From positions 1 through 31,809 of IMG/VR virus record IMGVR_UViG_3300044676_002282: a stretch of DNA of 31,809 nt; one strand, written 5' to 3'. The notes under the pieces are model-generated. The model was not told the origin of the DNA, ran no database searches, and saw nothing but the letters and a program-made list of their open reading frames with translations. Below are positions 19,801-27,600 of the stretch, in pieces. Source of the stretch: a virus (Duplodnaviria; Caudoviricetes). The position numbers and the translations under genes were made by a program. How positions within the stretch are numbered: the first letter of the stretch is position 1; the number at the start of each line of letters is the position of its first letter.

Positions 19801-20026
19801 TGTTTCAGCTGCTGATTTTACGGTAACTACTTCTAATCTTTTACCATCTTCCTCACCACCAACAGTAGGTTCGCCTGTTCTAACTAATCTAGGTACTCCT
19901 GGAACAGCTTCAAACGTTGTTAAAATAACAATACCTATTTCTGGAACAATGCCTGTGTCTATATGCTCTTTTGATGTTGACGTAGCAGGTACAGCTAAAC
20001 TAACTCAAACTATAAATCCTTACTAA
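13841..20026 (+). CDS. Tail nozzle/stabilisation protein (P22 gp10/crAss muzzle-like), greatly expanded by insertions
   Basis: N-terminus FTSGKMNKDLDERLVPNGQYVDALNI, beta-propeller-like segments LYWTDNYSEPKRVNI and FGISRNPESFA..GYRVYFTDKDRNAVIRLS. 2061 aa. Confidence 0.75.
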   Translation: MPEIKNTFTSGKMNKDLDERLVPNGQYVDALNIDVASSASDNVGTIHNSFGNVRKDTMHNIGGKCIGSMVNKEDQTIIWFIAGGSVDAIAEYNPVTDITTPILISPLEGSAGAFLKFNANRLITAINVIDGYLYWTDNYSEPKRVNIKRGKAGRYTSSSSIANLWTTTTKLKLKDGTFDGNVLEKHLTVARPYPINAPTLTLSNSLRPGSDDSTVKIPSNTSTMPSDIGDGNNDKTCNIYGRGSGSTVQYYQNLTFIAANSTNIGETEIEIDVSGNFNEKLWQSVVPGYYLTKTTTTGGVVQNSLAFKISNVDYDNYTIFINEFGDNSINGVGAIDSGSTLEISTFQEAYNNESFFNYKDATGTLRPKPVGISANKSNGLKDGGLLNNGSGVDITPTAVTSQNNFAPVSGKPNQATLTSTIGSSIQLSNVIANTFIVDHVYELTMIVTNYSGSGNIGFSVNNTLGLAYSARSSNGTISYKFKAKSTGDLQLFKIQSAAASISYSIKCLSGPREVKIQELIFEGQPDYKVGDVVKLTLKNPLSDNVGEETELDFRVKLLEQNLDIIENVSGYGGTGSNGQRKVFDCEILSIDSSISLLTASQFRGPWSCERQKPNSIFQQTFPRFAYRWKYIDNEFSAISSFTEVAFLPKDDEYEYDAESGFNKVMENDVRRVVLSNFEKTPKDAVGLDILYKESGSTSIYIVESLKYEELKSLSTYVIDSELVKGVLPSNQLLRPYDNVPVKAKAQEITGNRLLYGNYTQQYNVDEKLKVIASVDKLNINDLKAQKSIKSIREYQIGVSVLDVYGRQTPIFSSNEGIVKLTQEDSDNATTFSAKVKSKAPSWATHYKYFVKDNSTEYYNLAMDRFYSAEADEHVWLSFPSCDVNKVSEDDFLILKKQHDSSTPISENKTVKYKVLAKEPSAPDFIKIKKESLGRTSENINFATNSSVTSGYPLETFISFTLRDSSIEGFEQLFEEVEGRVQQTKKFIKIGSLKTGITTDYYELDTVEWSVTDTKAGAVYWTFKLKVPFGKDVALTGTSPGSSTRGLYVEFFEEKEATDLTEFQGRFFVKVLRDSILNNFVLNSQATDNYIVLNSEPVWWAHTYSIDADRDASGTNPVFSEPIPNVINTGNAYSGTLNIGSDKYNSTYLKDQSTFRFKTDKLLDNNWGTNDAFGSQYNTSNGIVTYNSADPPVVNSSRILKGTMDNESYWMGTNVKSNWAIDSAWSWLKQNKKLRLHNYGSTSNGFNKEMGEGFVVGNNYAEFRVFNLGSGQQANHYVGYADQNFPTGYEFPPKNKDIQNYDLYKQLTTVGTKFRFSKDPGQLVNGVYDGKSTVYTIIDKEILEVNNYTTKWRPKNVSQFDSPTNKGVRIHIRLDKKITWSPCDEDSVDSDVNSANINFLDGTTARRNVSNASVIEILQLDPSKNSFSTNDPAIFETEPKERADLDLYYETSSTEMILKDGMSISTNYLNPATGVSALTSDAVISFIRGWKTGAFQISQTHITCDIPAGETITISKKDAAGNVLYSQDYVFDFIISSVANNSVKTNNVWTNGSANTVAQIINTPKTKINWFNCFSFGNGVESDRIRDDFNAPTIDKGVKVSAVLDNEYKKEVKTNSIIYSGIYNKSSSLNNLNQFIQAEKITKDLNPEYGTIQKLFTRNTNVLAFCENKILKILANKDALFNADGNTNIVATNRVLGQTVPFLGEFGISRNPESFANYGYRVYFTDKDRNAVIRLSGDGLTDISKTGMTTFFRDNLKEAGNIIGTYDENKQNYNLTFNGKTVSFSEDVKGWTSLKSFLPESGVSLDSGYYTFYNKFLWKHGENAIRNNFYGVQATEGSNITFVFNQETSTVKTFKTLNYEGTSDWVASSIETDLQSGKVNEFVDKEGLWFNYIKGVATTVTSLDNKEFSTQGLGSPASVNLNGYAVNLPITATAKVADTRPYWTVNASASNSSNTVVTQSNNIVTGATISYDVVFYVHSLIVLSQAWSVSAADFTVTTSNLLPSSSPPTVGSPVLTNLGTPGTASNVVKITIPISGTMPVSICSFDVDVAGTAKLTQTINPY

Positions 20027-20027
20027 T

Positions 20028-21950
20028 ATGGCTGGTAAAATAAAAAACATAACAACAAAATGTACTTTAGCGCAGACTGGTATAACAAACGATACATATC
20101 CTATTGTTGGTACTCCTGGCGTGGCTTTAACAGCGTTTACACAAACGTTTACGGCGAAGACAAATTTTGTTTTTAATGTGCCACCGTCAATAGACTTTAG
20201 CAATGTAAGTGATCCAAGCGATTACTCTGTTACAGTTACAGATACTAAAAATAGTAAAGGCATTGTTACAGTTAGATTATTTTCTATAGTTTATACGCCT
20301 GATGTTTTACAACCTAGCTCGGATGAAATAATATTTGTAGCAAACGCAGAGCCTGGTTACAACCCGTCAACAGGTAATATATACTCATATGAGCTTGATA
20401 CTAGTTATTTAAAATCTACTGGAGATAATAGGTCTATAAAAATGTATGGAGATCCTGGTGCTGTTATAACAGTTTCAATACGAAATACTACACCTGGTTA
20501 CAACCAAATAGACATGTATAATCGAGTTTATACTTTTCAAGAAGATGGAACTTCTTTAAGCTATGTTAATTTAGGCGTTACCTACATTGTTCCAACTATT
20601 GATTTTAACATACCAGGTTTAAAATACTGGAGAGTACCTATAGGAGATGAGGTTATTAGAATTAATTTTTCGGTATCTGGAGCTAATACAATACTTTGGG
20701 ATGCAGACCCTGTAACAAACGGTAGCGCAGAGCTTGTATATCTTTACCAATATAAAGACACTAAAGTTATACTACAGTTAAGCCAAGGAGATACAACTGG
20801 TATTAATAGTGGTAATGGATTTTTTGGTATTGGAGCTTTTGGTGGCGATAATATGATAAATTTAAAAGATCAATGGAATTTATTAGACAATGTTATTACG
20901 CCTTGGAATGCTCTTTTGGGGTATGTAAAATCTCAAGGCTCTTCTAACGGCCCTAACGCAGCAGACCCTAATGGTTCTTACGTGGCTATTGATAACGCTA
21001 GCACTTCGAGTATTGGTGAAATTGCAAATATTGTTTTAAGCACCACAAACTCTGTTCTAACCCAAGACCTTGTGGTTGGTAGAACTTACAAGCTAACGTT
21101 TGAAGTAAGGGTTCCAACTACGGTTGGTGCTGATGGTATTAGGTTTGAACATTTTACCAGTAATTCATCGTACTCTGGTGTTAACGGCAGTAGACCTATT
21201 GGGCTTCTTGGGGAGGCTTACACTGGTAGTAATGGGTGGAGAGTTGTAAACATGGAGTTTGTGGCTGGTACAACCAACACCGATGAATTACAAGTGTATT
21301 CAACTAGCGCCGCAGCTCAAGGGTTTGAAATATCAAAAATAAGGTTAACACCTGTTTATGCTGTTGGTTCTGTTACAACAGATATAAACTCTTGCCCTAA
21401 TATTGCTGTTTTGCAAAGCAACGCGGCTGGAACTAGTTCAGATACCCAAGACTTTGACTTTACTTTAACAGCTTATTTAGCAACAACAAATAATCCCAGA
21501 AAGTGTATTAATTATATTACAACTGCATTAACACCTGTGGAATCTTCTATACCATCATCTTTGCTAAATAGCGGTAACGTAAACACTGGAACAGCTAGAG
21601 GTTTAGAAAGTACTATAACAAATACTATAAAATCATCTGACTACAATGCTTATAGAAAAAACTGGAAATATACAAACGGAGTGCAAGACGAAATAGACGT
21701 TATGGGTGTTTTAAGTGGTGGTTATAATACTATGAATTATGAAAACGGTTGTATTGCAACAATATCAAACACACAGTTAAAAGTTACTAATGCTACTTTG
21801 AATTCAACTGGATTAGTTTGGAGTAGCAATACTAAGTTAGAGTTTACTGGAACTTTAAATATTGTAAAAAACCCTGTTGGTGGAAATGCGGTGATAGAAT
21901 TTAACTTGGCTGGATGGTTTACTCAAGGCGATGACACAACAACTCCTTAA
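20028..21950 (+). CDS. Beta-rich tail accessory protein with a CBM-like module
   Basis: 640 aa, T/S/N/G-rich, with the module LVVGRTYKLTFEVR...GWRVVNMEFVA...FEISKIRL. Confidence 0.55.
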   Translation: MAGKIKNITTKCTLAQTGITNDTYPIVGTPGVALTAFTQTFTAKTNFVFNVPPSIDFSNVSDPSDYSVTVTDTKNSKGIVTVRLFSIVYTPDVLQPSSDEIIFVANAEPGYNPSTGNIYSYELDTSYLKSTGDNRSIKMYGDPGAVITVSIRNTTPGYNQIDMYNRVYTFQEDGTSLSYVNLGVTYIVPTIDFNIPGLKYWRVPIGDEVIRINFSVSGANTILWDADPVTNGSAELVYLYQYKDTKVILQLSQGDTTGINSGNGFFGIGAFGGDNMINLKDQWNLLDNVITPWNALLGYVKSQGSSNGPNAADPNGSYVAIDNASTSSIGEIANIVLSTTNSVLTQDLVVGRTYKLTFEVRVPTTVGADGIRFEHFTSNSSYSGVNGSRPIGLLGEAYTGSNGWRVVNMEFVAGTTNTDELQVYSTSAAAQGFEISKIRLTPVYAVGSVTTDINSCPNIAVLQSNAAGTSSDTQDFDFTLTAYLATTNNPRKCINYITTALTPVESSIPSSLLNSGNVNTGTARGLESTITNTIKSSDYNAYRKNWKYTNGVQDEIDVMGVLSGGYNTMNYENGCIATISNTQLKVTNATLNSTGLVWSSNTKLEFTGTLNIVKNPVGGNAVIEFNLAGWFTQGDDTTTP

Positions 21951-21959
21951 AATTAAAAT

Positions 21960-22328
21960 ATGGCACAAATAGACATAACATTTGCAAACCCTATAAATAT
22001 TTCTTTACAAGCAAAACCTCTTACCGACAGTGGTGGTAACGCCGTTTTTGGTCATGACATTATTTACTTTGTAAAAAATGAAGAAACACAAGTAAGAGAG
22101 TTAGGTAAGTGTATAGGGATAAGCGAAGATAGAAAAACAATAACAGCACAAGTTATAGGAACAAGACCAGTTCCAGGTAACCAAGCATTTATACTTTTTG
22201 GTAAAGATACTGAGGTGCAAACGTCTGGGCTTGACGGTTACTATGCTAAAGTTAAAATGGAAAATACATTGACATCAGAGGTAGAGCTGTTTGCAGTAGG
22301 ATCTGATGTAGTACAAAGTAGTAAATAA
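21960..22328 (+). CDS. Small tail protein, possibly a detached nozzle C-terminal domain
   Basis: 122 aa ending GLDGYYAKVKMEN...ELFAVGSDVVQSSK. Confidence 0.5.
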   Translation: MAQIDITFANPINISLQAKPLTDSGGNAVFGHDIIYFVKNEETQVRELGKCIGISEDRKTITAQVIGTRPVPGNQAFILFGKDTEVQTSGLDGYYAKVKMENTLTSEVELFAVGSDVVQSSK

Positions 22329-22331
22329 CAC

Positions 22332-22349
22332 GTAAAAAGTGTAATTATA
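22332..22349 (+). promoter_or_regulatory. Putative phage promoter motif GTAAAAAGTGTAATTATA
   Basis: Intergenic, upstream of the ejection-protein cluster. Near-copy of 1931-1947. Confidence 0.45.
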
Positions 22350-22368
22350 AATAAATAAAGAATAAAAT

Positions 22369-23073
22369 ATGGCAGGATTAAAAAATCTATTAAAAAATTT
22401 TTTTGCTAAAGACGCTGTTGCTGGACAATCTACTGGTTTTGATTTAAGCAAATCTGGTAAGGTTGGTATAATAGAAGGCGCTATGGGTATTGCCCAGGGT
22501 TTAATAGGTCGTCAAAAAAGAAAACAAGCACAAATAGATGCTAACAGAAACTATGAAACAAGAATGGAAGATTACCAAGCTCTTGACACTAGTAATTTAG
22601 CTGCTGGTTTTGAAAATACTTTTAGTGAAAATGTTTACGAGGACATAACCGTCAACACGCAGCAAGCTGATTTTATGGCGCAACAGCAAGCGCAAAATCA
22701 AGCTAATATTATGCAAGGGTTACAAGGCGCGGCAGGTGGTAGTGGTATTGCTGGTTTAGCACAAGCACTAGCAAATCAATCAACAATGGCTAATCAAAAG
22801 GCTTCAGCTTTAATTGGTGCGCAAGAACAAAAAAACCAATTACTTGTTGGTAAAGGTGAGTTAGCAATGCAAAAAGGAGAAATGATAGCACAGCAAACTA
22901 GATTAAAAGGAGAAACAGCAGCTAGACAGTTAGAGTCTGACAAAACAGCAACTTTACTAGGCATGTCTCAAATGGAAAAAGCAGCTGCAGACAAAGCTAT
23001 GGCAGATGCAAACAGCGCTTTGTATGGTGGAATAGGTAAAATAGCTGGCGGAATTATATCAGGAAAATTATAA
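22369..23073 (+). CDS. Putative ejection/pilot protein 1 (P22 gp7/T7 gp14-like)
   Basis: A/Q/G/M-rich helical 234-aa protein with glycine-rich hydrophobic segments at both ends (GIIEGAMGIAQGLIG; LYGGIGKIAGGIISG). First of three genes of increasing size after the tail genes. Confidence 0.65.
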   Translation: MAGLKNLLKNFFAKDAVAGQSTGFDLSKSGKVGIIEGAMGIAQGLIGRQKRKQAQIDANRNYETRMEDYQALDTSNLAAGFENTFSENVYEDITVNTQQADFMAQQQAQNQANIMQGLQGAAGGSGIAGLAQALANQSTMANQKASALIGAQEQKNQLLVGKGELAMQKGEMIAQQTRLKGETAARQLESDKTATLLGMSQMEKAAADKAMADANSALYGGIGKIAGGIISGKL

Positions 23074-23084
23074 AATAAAAAACT

Positions 23085-24656
23085 ATGGCAGCAGATAAAA
23101 ATTTAATTGCAGGTACAAGGGTTATGCTTGAAGCGGGTAGAGATACCTCTGTGTCTTCTTTTGCTAGAGAGTTCAACACTATACTTAAGAGCCAGGTGGA
23201 AGAAGAGGCTAAAGAAACTGCAGATATTGATAGATGGTTAAACAAGGTTGGCACGCCAGATAATATAAGAAAAATAGACGAGTCTTATAGGGGTGAGGTT
23301 GAAAATTGGGTTTCTACAAAACAAGAAGAATATATAAGGTTAAACAAAAGTTATCAAAAAGACCAAAACTTAGAGGATAAAAGAGCTGCAGAGTTAATTG
23401 AAAGACAGTTCATGAATTTAAACGATCAGTTAAATGAACTTCAATTAGACAAAGAAAAGTATTTTGAAGCTGGTACTAAAAGAAAATTAAAAACTGGAGT
23501 TCTTGGGTCTGAATGGTATGTTAATAATTATTTAGAAAAAGATGACGCTAGCACCACAGACGTGGTTGAAGGTGGATTTACTATTAGCGAAGACGGTATG
23601 GTTATGTTTGGTGATGACAGCTTTGATTCTAAAAAAGGCAATTGGAATGTTAAAAATACTTTAGCAGAAAACTTTATAGCAGATCAATTTGTTGCCGCTA
23701 AAATAAGTGGCAAAAAAGATGGTAAAACAACTAGTAAAAGCCAGTTTGTAAGAACTAATGTTGTTAAAAAAACATTAGGAAGTCAAGACCCAGAAGATAT
23801 ATTAGTTCTTGTTCAAACAGATTTAAATACTGAAGACGATCAAAACTTTACCTTTGCTCAGCAATGGGCTTCTGGTGATTTAAAAAACCCTGCTTTTTAT
23901 GATTTTAAAATTAATAATAAAGACTTTTCAGAAACCACTTTAGACGAAAGAAACAATTGGATGCAAAACCCTGACAATAAAGACAAAATAGTAGATTTAA
24001 TTTCTATGTACGTAGATGATACTAGAGAAGAAATTTACAACATTGAGCAGCAAAATAGTTTTAACGAAACGAACAACATGTCTTTCTTAGACATACCTGG
24101 TAAAGGTCTTTTTGTTGGTGGTACAAACCAAACGGCAACTAGATCTTCTGGTGAAACACTATTGAAAGAGTTGAAAGAAGGAAAAGGAAAACTTACAAAC
24201 TTCTTAGGTAGAAGTATAACTTTTGACCCTATAAACGATGTGTATACTACTATTTACGAAGGTGAAACAAATACTTATCAAGGTTTAGAAGACTTTTTAG
24301 GAGCGCTAGGTATTACAGATCCTGCTTTTAGAAATATAGTTCCTAAAAAATCTAAAAACGACAACAACGACAACAACGACAATAACAACAACAATAACAA
24401 CAAAAACATAACGCTAGACATGAGTTTAGTTACTAGCACTGTTGATGACAATTTGTTTAAAAGATTTGAAGAAGTTGCACCTGGATTTTCTTTTAAACCA
24501 ATGTTATCAGAAACAACCCAACAACCAATTAAAGACAGGTATATAGTTACAGCTCCTAATGGAGGAACTTTAAAAATACATTTAAACAGGTCAATATCTA
24601 AAGAGTCAACAAGAAAAAAATTAGAAACATTCTTTAATAATAATAGAATACAATAA
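23085..24656 (+). CDS. Putative ejection/internal virion protein 2
   Basis: 523 aa, hydrophilic, between the pilot-like gene and the giant ORF. Assigned by synteny. Confidence 0.5.
   Translation: MAADKNLIAGTRVMLEAGRDTSVSSFAREFNTILKSQVEEEAKETADIDRWLNKVGTPDNIRKIDESYRGEVENWVSTKQEEYIRLNKSYQKDQNLEDKRAAELIERQFMNLNDQLNELQLDKEKYFEAGTKRKLKTGVLGSEWYVNNYLEKDDASTTDVVEGGFTISEDGMVMFGDDSFDSKKGNWNVKNTLAENFIADQFVAAKISGKKDGKTTSKSQFVRTNVVKKTLGSQDPEDILVLVQTDLNTEDDQNFTFAQQWASGDLKNPAFYDFKINNKDFSETTLDERNNWMQNPDNKDKIVDLISMYVDDTREEIYNIEQQNSFNETNNMSFLDIPGKGLFVGGTNQTATRSSGETLLKELKEGKGKLTNFLGRSITFDPINDVYTTIYEGETNTYQGLEDFLGALGITDPAFRNIVPKKSKNDNNDNNDNNNNNNNKNITLDMSLVTSTVDDNLFKRFEEVAPGFSFKPMLSETTQQPIKDRYIVTAPNGGTLKIHLNRSISKESTRKKLETFFNNNRIQ
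24357..24401 (+). repeat. In-frame AAC/GAC/AAT trinucleotide repeat encoding NDNNDNNDNNNNNNN
   Basis: 15 consecutive Asn/Asp codons, read directly from the sequence. Confidence 0.9.
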
Positions 24657-24657
24657 T

Positions 24658-27600
24658 ATGCCAAGGTACGTACACGCTAACGGTTTTGAATATAAAAAAG
24701 AAGATTTAGAAAACTATGCAGAAGCAGAGGGACTGTCTTTAGATGACTATATAAGTCAAAACAATATTAGTGTTGACGAGTCTGGTGATATTTCTATTAT
24801 TGAAGGTTTAAAAAATGAAATATTAAACACCAAAGGTGAAGCCGCTAAAATAGGTTATGATATATGGACGTCTACAGCAGAGGCTTTTATAAAGCCTGTT
24901 TTAGGAGAGGAAGCAGCATTGTTTTTTTTAGGTGGAGATGTTCAAGGTAAAACTGGTTGGGTAGACCCTGACAACGGGCAAGTAGTAGCTTTTGACAAAG
25001 CTGCTTACGACAGAGATGGTTATGATGCTGTTGAAAATCAAAGATATTATGAGCTAGCAAAAATAAACTCAAAAGGTGGTAAAATACAACAAGTAAACGT
25101 TGAAACAGGGGAAGATGTTGGTGTTGCTTACGCTAAAATGTTACAGCAAAGATTTGATGAGGGTAAAGAAATTGAAGAAAGTAAAAGACAAACTGTTGAT
25201 GTTGGTAGCGAAGGGTTTTTAAACGCTGTAAAATCAGGAGAGTTTGATGACGCTCTTGTTTCTGCTATAGGTTTTATAAAACAAACCGCTATGCACGCTG
25301 TCGCTGCTAGGCTTACAATGGGTACTAGTATGGCCGCAACAATGATAGGTAGTTCTTGGGTTTCTTATAACGAGCAAAAAGCAAAAGCTATTTATGGTGA
25401 CGACCCAGATGGTTTTTCTAAGTTAGTCGAGAATGATCAAGACGAATCTGCAATACCAGCGGCTTTAGGAGCTATTGGGTATGTTATGGAAAGAGCTGGC
25501 TACAAAGGCATGATGAAGGAATTAGCTAAAAAATCTTTTACCGGTAAAAAAGCTGTTTCTCTTCTTATGACAGGTAATAAAGAGGGTGTGACAGAATACG
25601 GACAGGGTTTGACAGAAAGGCTTAACGAAAACTTAGGTAAACAAATGAGCTTGGAAGAGTCCGTTAAAGATGTTGGTAGCTACATGTGGACTGAGCAGGC
25701 TTGGGATAATTATTTTGCAGGTGTTATTGGTGGTACAGGTATGACTGGTGGTGGAAAGGCTATACAAGGAGCTTTAAGATCAGACCCTACGAGCAATCAG
25801 TTTATAAATAAAAAAATAAACAACATAGCTGCTCTTACAGAAGAAATGGCTAAAGCAGGTTCTAAAAAAGAGTTAAAACAAATTGAAGATCAAATTCAAA
25901 TAGAAGAGACAGATCTTAAAGATTACTTAGAGTCCAACAAGAAACTTGGTGAGTATTTAAACGAAGGTGAAATAACAAGTTTAACTGACCTTGTTAATAA
26001 GAGAAGAGATACAAGCGCTGAGATAGTAAACTTAAAAAAAGGTTTAAAAAGAGGAGCTATATCACAAGCTAGTTTTGACGTACAAGCTAAAGTTTTGTTT
26101 GAAAATTTAAACAAAATAGACGCTGACGTAAAAAACATAAAAGTTGCGGCTAACATGCGTTTGTTGAAAGCTGATTTAGATTCTGGAGATATTTTTGTAG
26201 GTGATGTAAAAGGTTTAGAACAAGTTAGGTATGAGACTAACGAAGAGTTTATGGCGGCTTTAAAGAAAGAATATAAGCTTAAAGGCATTAAAATGCCTAA
26301 AATGGAAAACATAAATGTAAATGGTACAAAGATTGGTAATAAACTATTAATAAACATGGAGGTTGCTGCAGAGCAAAATGCAGTGGCTACTAGCACGCAC
26401 GAAGTGCTTCACGGTATTGTTAAGTCAACGTTGCAAGCTGACGACGCTAGCGGTAATTTAAGCGCTAAAGGTGAAAACATGGTTAAAATGTTTATGAACC
26501 AAATAGGTAGCAGCACTTTAGCAAAAATAGAAAAAGCGCTTGATGATGGTGAATATAGATTTGCTGAATATGATGATGATGGCGTTGGAGTGCCTGGCAC
26601 TGAACTTGATTTTAAAGAATACGGTGAAGAGTACTTAACAATATATGCACAATTATCTAAAGAAGGTAACTTAAATAAAAACTCTCTTCAAAAAGCAGCT
26701 AGTTGGTTTACTAATCTTTGGAATAACGAAAGTGATTTTAAAGAAATAGGGTTTGAGACAGGTGAGCAAATACAAAACTTTTTAGACGCATACGTTCAAG
26801 ATACTAAAAAAGGTGAATTCAGACAAGAGTTTAAAGACTTAGCCGCTCAAGGTGTTAAAATGAAAGGTGGTAAAATAGATTTTTCTAAAAAACAAAAGGA
26901 CATTGCAAAGAAAACTTTAGACGACATAGGTAACTCAGGTGAATATGATCCAGCTAATAACCAAGAACAAAACAAAAAAATAGTTGAACAAACACCAGCA
27001 ATGGTTAAAGTTCAAGTAGATAACTACTTTAATAATAGGCCTTCGTTAAAAGCTGATAAATCAGTTAGAGAAGAAGTGCAAGCTGAAATTTTGTTTAGAT
27101 TAATAAACCCGTCAAAAACAGGTAGAACTGATATAAATGGTTTTGATCCCACAATAAATGATTCTTTATATGGCTATTTAAATAAAAGAATTAACTATAG
27201 AATGTTAGATACTTTTAAAGAAAACCCTACTATAGTTCCTGATTTTACAAAAGTAGACCTTGAAGATGCTGCGAAATTTTTAACAACTGAAGACGCTGCT
27301 ACTACTAAAAAAACTGAAGGTGTAAAAACAAAATTAGTTCAAACAAAAGCAAGGCAGCTTACAAGCTTGGCAGACTTAGATATAGAAAATGAAACTGTAA
27401 TTATTGATGGCGCTGAAACAACTATATTAAAAGAAGTTTCTAAAAAACAACTAAAGAAAATAATCGAAGAAAACCCTGCAGACGTTGTCGGGCAAATACA
27501 AAAAACACTAATACCTGATTTAGCAGAGTTTATAAGAAAAGAAATGGGTGTTGTTGGAGAGAAAAAAGGTGAGTTGGTTATACCTGATACTTATAAAGCT

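Noticed and set aside
22346-22353. TATAAATA, the T4 late promoter consensus
   Set aside because: It is expected by chance in AT-rich DNA and is absent from the sister motif at 1931-1947.
491-23254. Short antisense or alternate-frame ORFs nested in structural genes (e.g. 491-916, 3696-4142, 9858-10196, 14254-14544)
   Set aside because: They overlap well-supported genes and have no independent coding signal.
24357-24401. AAC-rich tract as a diversity-generating retroelement template repeat
   Set aside because: No reverse transcriptase and no second copy differing at adenines was seen in the window. It is a simple microsatellite.
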